Shown here in pieces: positions 19,729-27,184 of a stretch of 45,589 nt of DNA. Below the pieces are notes generated by a model, which was not told the DNA's origin, did not search any database, and saw nothing but the letters and a program-made list of their open reading frames with translations. The first letter of the stretch is position 1, and each line of letters starts with the position of its first letter. The position numbers and the translations under genes are program-made. The DNA is from Candidatus Saccharimonadales bacterium (GTDB lineage Bacteria > Patescibacteriota > Saccharimonadia > Saccharimonadales > OMJO01): assembly GCA_035480035.1 (NCBI GenBank), contig DATIID010000005.1:1-45589 (forward strand), in the 5' to 3' direction.

Positions 19729-20115
19729 ATGCCAGAAGGAATGCGGGGCGATAGAAGACCATTTCAGCCAGTCATGGACGAGGAGGCCTTCGCAGATCGT
19801 ACTAAAGAAGTATTAGAAAGCGTGATTGAGTCAAGGACACCTGCACTTGTCACAAGAGGCGGTAAGCTGGCCGCCATTATAGTGCCATACACCATGCAAG
19901 ATGTAGCTGAGAATCTTCTGCTTGATCCCGAAGTTAGGCGATCACTTGAAGGAGCTGATCAAGCATTTCTCGAAGGACGTACCCGGCCATCTTCTGAAGC
20001 TCTAGCTGAAGATGATAAAGATCCATTTCATCGGTCGCTTGAAAATATCAGTGTGCGGCGAGAGAATCTTAGCCAACATCAACCTAGTGAAGTGCCACCG
20101 ATACTCGAGACTTAA
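19729..20115 (+). CDS. Phd/YefM-like antitoxin-fold protein with extended C-terminus
   Basis: TPALVTRGGKLAAIIVPY ... ENLLLDPEVRRSLEGADQAFLEG aligns by eye to the YefM core (ILITRqnGeacVLms ... YLLRSPANARRLMDSIDSL). Confidence 0.5.
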   Translation: MPEGMRGDRRPFQPVMDEEAFADRTKEVLESVIESRTPALVTRGGKLAAIIVPYTMQDVAENLLLDPEVRRSLEGADQAFLEGRTRPSSEALAEDDKDPFHRSLENISVRRENLSQHQPSEVPPILET

Positions 20116-20136
20116 GTTACTGTGATCGAATTAGAA

Positions 20137-20164
20137 AACACCGCTCTTTCGGGCGGTGTTTTTC
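20137..20164. terminator. bidirectional intrinsic terminator
   Basis: 10-bp stem AACACCGCTC/GGGCGGTGTT with a TTTC loop, flanked by an A-run and a T-run. It sits between the convergent YefM-like gene and rnpB. Confidence 0.75.
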
Positions 20165-20174
20165 ATATATTGCT

Positions 20175-20686
20175 GTGGGTTATCCGTAAGCCGGGTTCTG
20201 TTTTAGCTAACCATCTATCTAGACTAGCAATTGCTCACTAATTCAAGCGGGTTTAACGACGAACTCAGGCGGGAAACCTTTGATGAGCACATCTCCTTGC
20301 AGCGGACAGGGTTTACCTCTTCATCACGTCACCGTGACAAACTGTGGGCTCTTGCCCCACTCGTTTCACCCTTACCCAGCACCTTACAGGGCTTTACACT
20401 TGAGGCTAGTGCAAGGAAGAAGTGAAGCGCGCATCGAGATGTATGAATAATACTTCGAGGAGCACTACAGCTTCTGACGAAGCAATAGTCCAAGAGCACG
20501 AGCGGAGTTTGAGCTCTGCTCAAAGCAGGCTCGTGCGATGTATAGAACTGAAAGGTACTGGGCGGTTTCGTTTCTGTGGCACTTTCCCTAAGATTACTCT
20601 CGGTTGCCGTTAGCAACTGTCTCTCCCTACGCTGCCCGGACTTTCCTCCGACTCATTGCTGAGCCGGCGGTTAGCCGATAACCTAG
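20175..20686 (-). ncRNA. rnpB: RNase P RNA, bacterial type A-like, ~510 nt
   Basis: Minus strand carries GAGGAAAGTCCGGGC (P4 5' strand, near 20632-20650), CACAGAAACGAAACCGCC, GGTAAGGGTGAAA and ACAGAACCCGGCTTA (P4 3' strand, near 20184-20200). P1 pairs GGTTATC with GATAACC at the two ends. Confidence 0.88.
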
Positions 20687-20712
20687 CTCACATATTATAC
20701 CATTAAAAAGCG

Positions 20713-21519
20713 TTAGCGGCTATCGATTGGTTCAGCGTCGAGCACTTCATTAACCATCGCATCAGCCAATTTATTCAGTTCGCGCGGCACGTGCGTAAAA
20801 GTTACCTTTTCAAAATTCTTAAGGAATTCCGTAATTTCACGATGTACCGGCACAATATCGGTATGTCTAACCTTGTAGGCACCAGTCATTTGTTTAACGA
20901 CTAGCTGGCTATCCATGTAGACATCAACCTGTTTGGCATGCCTTTTGGCAGCTTCTTCTAAACCGATTTTAAGAGCATTGTACTCGGCTTGATTGTTAGT
21001 AGTGATGCCGAGATAAATGCCACCTTCGTTGATAATTGTGCCATTCACGTCCATTAGCACGAAGCCGCTGGCCGAGGGGCCAGGATTGCCACGCGACCCG
21101 CCATCGGCGTAGAGTTTAACCTTGTCGTTAATTGGTTTGAATGTCTCCGCGCCATATGGAACCGAATATGGTTTAACTGGCTTAAAGGTAAAGCGGACAA
21201 TTTTTACAGTGGTGTCACTATTAATTCTTGGCCCATGGTAGCTGGATAGCGTTTTCATCATGTCTTCTTTGGAGGAGTAACCTTCGTGTCCAATCAAGTC
21301 AGCTTCAGTGATGTCGCCTAGTCGCTTCGCAATAATTTCATTAACTTTGGCTAGGCCAATCACCTGCCAACTAGATGGATCTTTACGCATTACTTTGTCG
21401 ATAATCTCGATTTCGTCGTTAACGCCTAGATTTTTCTCATCGTTAATTCTGATTGAGGCTGTCTTTTGGCCAGCCAAGACTTTTTGAGCTAGTTCGTGCC
21501 TGAATCTAAAGGCTTTCAT
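20713..21519 (-). CDS. ASCH domain - RNase HI fusion protein
   Basis: N-terminus MKAFRFRHELAQKVLAGQKTASIR is ASCH-like. The C-terminus carries RNase H residues: YADGGSRGNPG (D), NNQAEYNAL (E), YMDSQLV (D), NKLAD (D). The preferred start at 21519 overlaps the upstream stop as ATGA. Confidence 0.7.
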   Translation of the reverse strand: MKAFRFRHELAQKVLAGQKTASIRINDEKNLGVNDEIEIIDKVMRKDPSSWQVIGLAKVNEIIAKRLGDITEADLIGHEGYSSKEDMMKTLSSYHGPRINSDTTVKIVRFTFKPVKPYSVPYGAETFKPINDKVKLYADGGSRGNPGPSASGFVLMDVNGTIINEGGIYLGITTNNQAEYNALKIGLEEAAKRHAKQVDVYMDSQLVVKQMTGAYKVRHTDIVPVHREITEFLKNFEKVTFTHVPRELNKLADAMVNEVLDAEPIDSR

Positions 21520-21749
21520 TGTTTTATCCTGTCGATAGCTTCGGCCATTTGCCTGTCTTCGTCTGTAATTTGGTCGCCGGCTTCGTGGCTGCTCAGCCAA
21601 ATCTCGACTTTATTGTAAGTATTTTGCCAAGTGGGGTGGTGATTGTGTTCCTCTGCTATGTCGGCGACTTTAGTCATAAAAGCAAAAGCCTCTTTGAAAT
21701 CCTTGAAGGTAAACTCTTGATGCAAACCTTTTTTTGTTTCCTGCCACAT
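21516..21749 (-). CDS. pterin-4-alpha-carbinolamine dehydratase
   Basis: 77 aa with the EEHNHHPTW motif, typical length and pattern for the PCD/DCoH family. Confidence 0.8.
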   Translation of the reverse strand: MWQETKKGLHQEFTFKDFKEAFAFMTKVADIAEEHNHHPTWQNTYNKVEIWLSSHEAGDQITDEDRQMAEAIDRIKQ

Positions 21750-21769
21750 GACTCTTATCTTAGCATGGT

Positions 21770-22378
21770 CTAGGCCACAGGAGTTTCACTAATAAGTTTA
21801 ATTTTTTCAGGATCAAAAATTAGAAACGTATCGTGTTTGCCAATATCATCACCTTCGCCACCTTCTGGTGTTTTTAAGCCATCGTAGCCAAGACCTCTTA
21901 AATAATTGGTAAATGAAGCACTGTGCGAGAAAATCGCCTCTTTAACCCTGCCAACTTGTATACCCTTGCCTATAGATTCCAATGACTTATCGATACTAGC
22001 GGCCCTGAAAAACGGTGTATCTTCTGGAAGTGATTCCTTCTTTTTTTGTAAGACTGTGCCAAAATCTTCCATAACTGCTTGTAATTTTTCTGGATTTGAT
22101 AGATTAACCAACTTAAGATTATTAACTTCCGCTTTAGCTACGACCGGGTGAGAGCCATGCAAACTTTGGCCTCGGCGTTTGGCATATTCCGCTGCTTGTG
22201 AAGAGTTATCAACAAAATAAACACCCTCGCCTACAGTAGTTTCTTGTGCATGTGAAAATTCATTTAAACCGCTTGTAGCCGATCCCCGATATAAAATTTT
22301 ATGATCAATAAGTAATTCGGGCGGTTCTAAATTTTCCGGCTGGCTTTCTATTGCTGTTCTATCTAAAGTTTCTGGCAT
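21770..22378 (-). CDS. hypothetical protein, 202 aa; weak ADP-ribosyltransferase-fold (DUF3990/ART-PolyVal-like) resemblance
   Basis: The pattern ILYRGS ... F ... GEGVYFVDNSSQAAEYA resembles LYHGS ... GFYxT ... QAxxWA of that family. This is by-eye only. Confidence 0.3.
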   Translation of the reverse strand: MPETLDRTAIESQPENLEPPELLIDHKILYRGSATSGLNEFSHAQETTVGEGVYFVDNSSQAAEYAKRRGQSLHGSHPVVAKAEVNNLKLVNLSNPEKLQAVMEDFGTVLQKKKESLPEDTPFFRAASIDKSLESIGKGIQVGRVKEAIFSHSASFTNYLRGLGYDGLKTPEGGEGDDIGKHDTFLIFDPEKIKLISETPVA

Positions 22379-22461
22379 GTTTTGTTTTAACTTTATAAAA
22401 ATATATTAGCATATTATCTCTTAAATTGCAATACTGTGATCAGAACCAAATATTAGATTAT

Positions 22462-23106
22462 TTATACAGTTCCTGTTTCTTTGACGGGTTCAGTGGCGTG
22501 TTTGGCTAGCTCGACCATGTTCTGACGACGATGGATATTGCGTAATTTTTGACGAATTTCTTCCGATGTATAGTTAGTGGTTTTCTCCAAATTTCTTGAA
22601 AAATCAGCGAACCCGCCTGCCGCAACCGAAACTCCTCCTATTGCTAATAGAGCCCAGCCATAAGATCGTTCACCAATTGCCTCAATACCTCCGATTACTG
22701 CCGCACCTGCGCCAGCACCGCCAAAGAAAACCTCAGTTACCATACCTGCAGCCCGTTTCCTTAATTTTTGTCTAATATTTTCGACCTCTCGATCTTCTTC
22801 CTCTTTAAGCGCTACTTCTACAGATAGAACAGTGTTCCTTAAAGTTTGTTCAGTTGGTAGTTGACGGCTAGCTTCAAGTGCGGCATCTAATGCTTCAGGG
22901 CTGTCGGCTTTAAACGGTACTTCAATAGTAGCTACCGGTAATTTATTTCCAGCCCTTTTATATTCTTCATCAGCCATCAAGAGAACACGGTTAAACGTCA
23001 CTGCGGGATTTGCTACATCAACTGAATGGTTCTGTACTCGATCATGTATCTCAAAGTCAAAACCGGCTACTACGCCACTGACATTAACACCCTCATATAT
23101 TGGCAT
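22462..23106 (-). CDS. hypothetical protein, 214 aa, with Gly/Ala-rich membrane segment
   Basis: FFGGAGAGAAVIGGIEAIG ... LLAIGGVSVAAGGFA forms a hydrophobic Gly-zipper-like region. No family recognised. Confidence 0.5.
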   Translation of the reverse strand: MPIYEGVNVSGVVAGFDFEIHDRVQNHSVDVANPAVTFNRVLLMADEEYKRAGNKLPVATIEVPFKADSPEALDAALEASRQLPTEQTLRNTVLSVEVALKEEEDREVENIRQKLRKRAAGMVTEVFFGGAGAGAAVIGGIEAIGERSYGWALLAIGGVSVAAGGFADFSRNLEKTTNYTSEEIRQKLRNIHRRQNMVELAKHATEPVKETGTV

Positions 23107-23175
23107 TTTGGTTCTCCTAATTAATCAGAGCTTATTATTCTACAGAAATTGTAATAAATAAATTGCTTGTGGTTA

Positions 23176-23251
23176 TGGTCAGGGTGAGAGGACTTGAACC
23201 TCCGGTCTCCGGACCCCCAGCCCGGCGCTTTACCAACTAAGCTACACCCTG
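23176..23251 (-). tRNA. tRNA-Pro (GGG)
   Basis: Cloverleaf folds by hand, with C1:G72 and A73 typical of bacterial tRNA-Pro. Anticodon loop is CUGGGGG and CCA is encoded. Confidence 0.9.
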
Positions 23252-23272
23252 CTGTCACACATTCTACCAGAT

Positions 23273-23302
23273 AAAAAGACCGAGTTGCCTCGGTCCTTTT
23301 TT
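23273..23302. terminator. A-run/T-run flanked hairpin (bidirectional terminator-like)
   Basis: AAAAA-GACCGAG-TTGC-CTCGGTC-CTTTTTT. Confidence 0.55.
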
Positions 23303-23304
23303 GC

Positions 23305-23461
23305 GAGCTGATCAGGTCAACATGACAACCTGGTTTAATAATCCCAGGTGGGTGTCCGCACGGAGCAGCCACGGCCACTCGCGAATATTGAACTCCCGAA
23401 TGATAAGTAATCAGATTATCATTATTGTTGACCTGTAGGAGTTACCTCCGAGATCAGCTGA
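23305..23461 (+). ncRNA. ffs: signal recognition particle RNA (4.5S-like, extended hairpin)
   Basis: CCCAGGTGGGTGTCCGCACGGAGCAGCCACGG aligns to E. coli 4.5S CCAGGUCAGGUCCGGAAGGAAGCAGCCAAGG. The ends pair (AGCTGATCAGGTCAACA with TGTTGACCT...GATCAGCT) into one long hairpin. Confidence 0.6.
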
Positions 23462-23466
23462 TTTAA

Positions 23467-24081
23467 TTATATCCGCGACAAGACGTTGAGTAAAGATTGG
23501 TTTATGTTAATCAAGATGTCGAAAAAGCCAGGAAAGCCCAAAACTAGAGCGAAGATAATAAAAATTCCGAATTGTTCTAACTTAGCCATAATCTCCTGAA
23601 GTGCCTCTGGTGCAAAAGCGTACAGCAGTCGTGAGCCATCGAGCGGCGGAATTGGAATCATATTAAAGACAAATAAGGCAACGTTGATTTGAGTAAAATC
23701 AATCAAGAAGGTTGGCAAAATCACGCCGTTACTAAATTTCAGTAAAAGCGCGCCGATAATCGCCATGGCTAAGTTGCTTAAGGGTCCGGCAATACCGACT
23801 AACGCAGCGCCAAATTCATCAAATTTAACGCGGTTCGGGTTAAATGGTACGGGTTTCGCCGCTAAGAGTGGGACATGAAACAAAACAAGAGTTATAACCG
23901 GCAAAAGTAAAGTCGTAAACGGATCAATGTGACGCAGTGGATTAAGACTGATCCGTCCTTCCCGTTCAGCTGTGTCATCGCCTAGCCAATGGGCAGTAAA
24001 GGCGTGCATTGCTTCATGGACCGTCATGGCTATCAAAATGGCCGGAATAATATAAATTAAGTCGGATGTCTGAAAATTCAT
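23467..24081 (-). CDS. site-2 protease family (M50) zinc metalloprotease
   Basis: HEAMHAF (HExxH) and NMIPIPPLDG motifs in a polytopic membrane protein. Confidence 0.8.
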   Translation of the reverse strand: MNFQTSDLIYIIPAILIAMTVHEAMHAFTAHWLGDDTAEREGRISLNPLRHIDPFTTLLLPVITLVLFHVPLLAAKPVPFNPNRVKFDEFGAALVGIAGPLSNLAMAIIGALLLKFSNGVILPTFLIDFTQINVALFVFNMIPIPPLDGSRLLYAFAPEALQEIMAKLEQFGIFIIFALVLGFPGFFDILININQSLLNVLSRI

Positions 24082-24145
24082 ACTTGTTTAGTATAGCAAA
24101 CCTAGAGGTTGACCATTAGGGTAAAAACAGATACAATACGCACTT

Positions 24146-24391
24146 ATGCAAAAGTGTGATCTTACCGGCAAAGGCAAACAATTCGGCTCCAACGTGAGCT
24201 TCTCTCAAAGGCACACTAATAAAGTCTTTAAACCCAATTTGCAGATGAAAACTGTTGTCGTTGACGGCAAACGAGTTCAGATGAAATTGAGCACCCAAGC
24301 TATCAGGACATTGAAAAAGAAGGGTTTGTTAGGTAATAACGCCCCTGAAAAAGTAGTGGTTACTGTCGCTCCAGCACAATCAGCTGAGTAG
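24146..24391 (+). CDS. rpmB: 50S ribosomal protein L28
   Basis: MQKCDLTGKGKQFGSNVSFSQRHTNKVFKPNLQ signature. TTGACC-17-TACAAT promoter lies upstream. Confidence 0.9.
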   Translation: MQKCDLTGKGKQFGSNVSFSQRHTNKVFKPNLQMKTVVVDGKRVQMKLSTQAIRTLKKKGLLGNNAPEKVVVTVAPAQSAE

Positions 24392-24989
24392 TTTCCCCTA
24401 GTTCGCCAGCTCTAATCTTTAATTTTGGTACGGTTTCTTTAGGCTCCATAGCTAAACCTTTTAGAGCTTCTTCCAAGGGTTGCTGAGGTACTTCATATTT
24501 CAGGGCTTTATCTTCGTAATGGGTTGGGATGATTAGTTTGGGCTCAATCTTTTTAATCAGCTTTAACGCGCCAATACTGTCTAGCGTGTAGCCATTGCCG
24601 CCAACCGGGATAATCAGAACGTCGACTGTACCAAGAGCTTCTAGTTGTTCATCATTTAGTTCAGGATATACATGGCCGACCACCACAGTTTTGACCTCGT
24701 CAGCAATGACTTTGAACATGGTGGCTGATTTTTTGCCAGCTTCATCCACATGTGAACGAGCAGCTACGCCTTGAATTGAAGTGTTGGACACCTCGTATTC
24801 GCCTGGCATATCAATAATTATCTTGGGCTCGGCTTTGCCCGTCGAATCCTGTGGTATCGTCATCAGTACTATGTCACCAGATTTAGTAACGGATTTCTGA
24901 CCTAGTTTGGCTAGGTTATCATCAACAATAATAGACGCTTTTTTAGTGCTCAAGCGGACACAGTTTGCCCCATAATACTGAATTTCCAT
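24360..24989 (-). CDS. MBL-fold hydrolase-like protein (UPF0173-like, degenerate metal motif)
   Basis: Overall pattern (MEIQYYGANCVRL ... IIPVGG ... IPTHY) resembles the family. No clear HxHxDH motif. Its 3' end overlaps rpmB by 32 nt (convergent). Confidence 0.45.
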   Translation of the reverse strand: MEIQYYGANCVRLSTKKASIIVDDNLAKLGQKSVTKSGDIVLMTIPQDSTGKAEPKIIIDMPGEYEVSNTSIQGVAARSHVDEAGKKSATMFKVIADEVKTVVVGHVYPELNDEQLEALGTVDVLIIPVGGNGYTLDSIGALKLIKKIEPKLIIPTHYEDKALKYEVPQQPLEEALKGLAMEPKETVPKLKIRAGELGETTQLIVLERQ

Positions 24990-24995
24990 GAAGTT

Positions 24996-25619
24996 TTACT
25001 CCTCTTCCTTTGATTTTTTATTATCTGGTTTAGGCGTCAGTAGAAACTGCTTGTCGACCAAGATCTGCATTTTAGAATTCAAAACATTTGATAAAAACCG
25101 ATCGTTGACCTGTTTGCGATACTTGTATTCACCCAGCGGCATCGAGGTATAACGGATTTCCTTGCCTTCTTTGGCTTCTAAGTCACTAACGTAGTTGCTC
25201 AACTTGGTTTGGTTAATGTCGCCGACAACCAAGAAGTCAATACCACCAGTTTCATCACGCGTAAATTGACCGGTGTAAATGGCCAGTTCAACGTGGCCGA
25301 GCGAATTAATTTCGGTGTTCTCGGCGGGTACGGCAGCTTTAGCAGCTTTGGCGGTTGGTTTGACGCCTTTACCAAAAATTATCGATAACTCAGAATAGTA
25401 TTCATATTTTTGATCGACTTCATAATATAGGCGGTTGTTGTTGGTATCAGATGAAATAATTCCAATGCTCAGCAAATTAGCCAGTTCACGACGAACTGAG
25501 TTGATCTGCTCGTCAATCTTACGGGTAATTTCGCGCACGTAAAAAGACCGGTTGGGGTTGCTATAAAACAACTGCAACAGCTTAACTCGAGTCTTACTCC
25601 CAAAAAGTTGCTCAATCAC
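24996..25619 (-). CDS. winged-helix (ArsR-like) DNA-binding protein with C-terminal extension
   Basis: N-terminus SKTRVKLLQLFYSNPNRSFYVREITRKIDEQINSVRRELANL has a typical wHTH pattern. Confidence 0.5.
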   Translation of the reverse strand: MIEQLFGSKTRVKLLQLFYSNPNRSFYVREITRKIDEQINSVRRELANLLSIGIISSDTNNNRLYYEVDQKYEYYSELSIIFGKGVKPTAKAAKAAVPAENTEINSLGHVELAIYTGQFTRDETGGIDFLVVGDINQTKLSNYVSDLEAKEGKEIRYTSMPLGEYKYRKQVNDRFLSNVLNSKMQILVDKQFLLTPKPDNKKSKEEE

Positions 25620-25654
25620 TTTGCTATTGTATCAGAAATTAAGCCGAACCAAAC

Positions 25655-26527
25655 CTATTTGTTCAAAAACGTTGTTACATCAGCTACAATTTGACTAGTG
25701 TTCGAGTACCAATGAATATATTTATTGCGCCTGAACCAGGTTCGCTGTTTCTTAGCTAGCTGCATTGAACCACGAATGATACGCTCACGGGTTAATGCTA
25801 ATGTTTGGGTACCATTAAAGTAGTTTTGCCACTCACGGTAGCCAATGCCTTTCATTGGTTCAATCTGCCAGCCATATTTTTGGCTAAGAGTCCGAACTTC
25901 ATGCTCTAGGCTCTGCTCTAGCATCTGGTCTACTCGCTTAGTAATTCTAGTTTCCAGTTCTTCTTTTGGTGTGCTGATGCCGATTATTAAGGTGTTGGGT
26001 CGTAAATCCTGCTTGGTTGGCCGTTGGCCGTTTGATTCTAGCAAACGAATAAGTCGACGTTTGTTGCGTACATCAATGCCTTCAGTCGATATAGAGGCTG
26101 CTTCAACCAGTTTTTTAACTTCTTGCAATGGCAGCTGGTCTAGTTCTTGGCGGCGATTTTGCGGTCCAGCTGGTAAAAAGCCATAGTTAAAAATCACGCT
26201 GTCTATATATAATCCTGTGCCACCCACTAGAATCGGCAGTTTACCTCTGACTAAAATGTCATTGATTGTCTGATCAGCTTGTCTTTTGAACTCGGCGGCA
26301 CTAAAACCTTTGAGTGGATTAGCAATGTCGAGTAAATGATGCGGCACTTCTTGCTGTTCAATGTTGGTAGGTTTGGCCGTACCTATATCAAAACCTTTAT
26401 AAACCGTCCACGAATCAGCCGAAATTATTTCGCCATTCAACTTCTTAGCCAAATTAAGTGCCAAGGCGCTCTTACCCGAGGCGGTTTCACCAACAATAAC
26501 TAGAAGTGGACTAGGCACTTTCAGCAA
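25655..26527 (-). CDS. miaA: tRNA dimethylallyltransferase
   Basis: P-loop GETASGKSALAL and DSWTVYKGFDIGTAKP. The start is uncertain (TTG at 26527 or GTG at 26518). Confidence 0.9.
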   Translation of the reverse strand: MLKVPSPLLVIVGETASGKSALALNLAKKLNGEIISADSWTVYKGFDIGTAKPTNIEQQEVPHHLLDIANPLKGFSAAEFKRQADQTINDILVRGKLPILVGGTGLYIDSVIFNYGFLPAGPQNRRQELDQLPLQEVKKLVEAASISTEGIDVRNKRRLIRLLESNGQRPTKQDLRPNTLIIGISTPKEELETRITKRVDQMLEQSLEHEVRTLSQKYGWQIEPMKGIGYREWQNYFNGTQTLALTRERIIRGSMQLAKKQRTWFRRNKYIHWYSNTSQIVADVTTFLNK

Positions 26528-26831
26528 CAGGTAATTTGTCTACAATCTGATTAAAGGTCTGCTCTAGGTCGACTGCGTCGACAAAAAATACATCAGCTTC
26601 TATGTGATCTCTCGTCCGATCGTAAAGTTCAAAGGCAGCGCTATTAACTACTGATTCTTTTATGGATCTTTCTACTTCTGGTGAAATAATGCGATGTTCA
26701 CCGTCAAGTTCATCAAGAAGGCTTTGGGCTCGAACTACATCGACAAGTAAATCAATTTTCCGACCAGCTTCTATAAAACGCTCAGTCGAAGTTTTTTCCA
26801 CCTCAGTGCCAGATACTAAATTTCGTTCCAT
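26511..26831 (-). CDS. hypothetical acidic protein, 106 aa
   Basis: ORF overlaps the miaA start. No family recognised. Confidence 0.45.
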   Translation of the reverse strand: MERNLVSGTEVEKTSTERFIEAGRKIDLLVDVVRAQSLLDELDGEHRIISPEVERSIKESVVNSAAFELYDRTRDHIEADVFFVDAVDLEQTFNQIVDKLPVAESA

Positions 26832-26862
26832 ATTATCTCCTTGTTAGTATTAAACTACATTT

Positions 26863-27180
26863 TTAGCTTTTTGGCAACCATAACAAGTGTCCGACGTCGA
26901 CTTTATAATCTTGGTTTACTTTAACACCTTCGGCTTCGAGCATAATACGATGGCCTTCGACTCCGCCTGGGAAACCAGTAGCTAGGGCGCCATCTTTATG
27001 GACAACGCGTTGCCAGGGCAAAGTCTGGTCGCTCCAGTGAGCAATCCCACCGACCACCAGAGCTGATCTGGGACTGCCACAGAGCGCAGCCAATTGGCCG
27101 TAAGTCATCACCCGCCCCTCGGGAATCTGAGCTACCACCGCCAATACACGATCGCGAAAATCTCCATTTACTCTTTGCAT
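26863..27180 (-). CDS. alkyltransferase-like protein (MGMT DNA-binding domain without active-site Cys)
   Basis: VPEGRVMTYGQLAALCG ... LPWQRVV. The canonical PCHR is replaced by PWQR, as in ATL proteins. I prefer the start at M17 (27180), which avoids overlap with thrS. Confidence 0.7.
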   Translation of the reverse strand: MQRVNGDFRDRVLAVVAQIPEGRVMTYGQLAALCGSPRSALVVGGIAHWSDQTLPWQRVVHKDGALATGFPGGVEGHRIMLEAEGVKVNQDYKVDVGHLLWLPKS

Positions 27181-27184
27181 AAGC

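Noticed and set aside
20231-20616. Three 63-95-aa ORFs on both strands
   Set aside because: All fall inside the RNase P RNA gene, whose conserved core motifs explain the region.
23121-23378. 85-aa minus-strand ORF
   Set aside because: It spans tRNA-Pro, the terminator hairpin and part of the SRP RNA locus, so coding is implausible.
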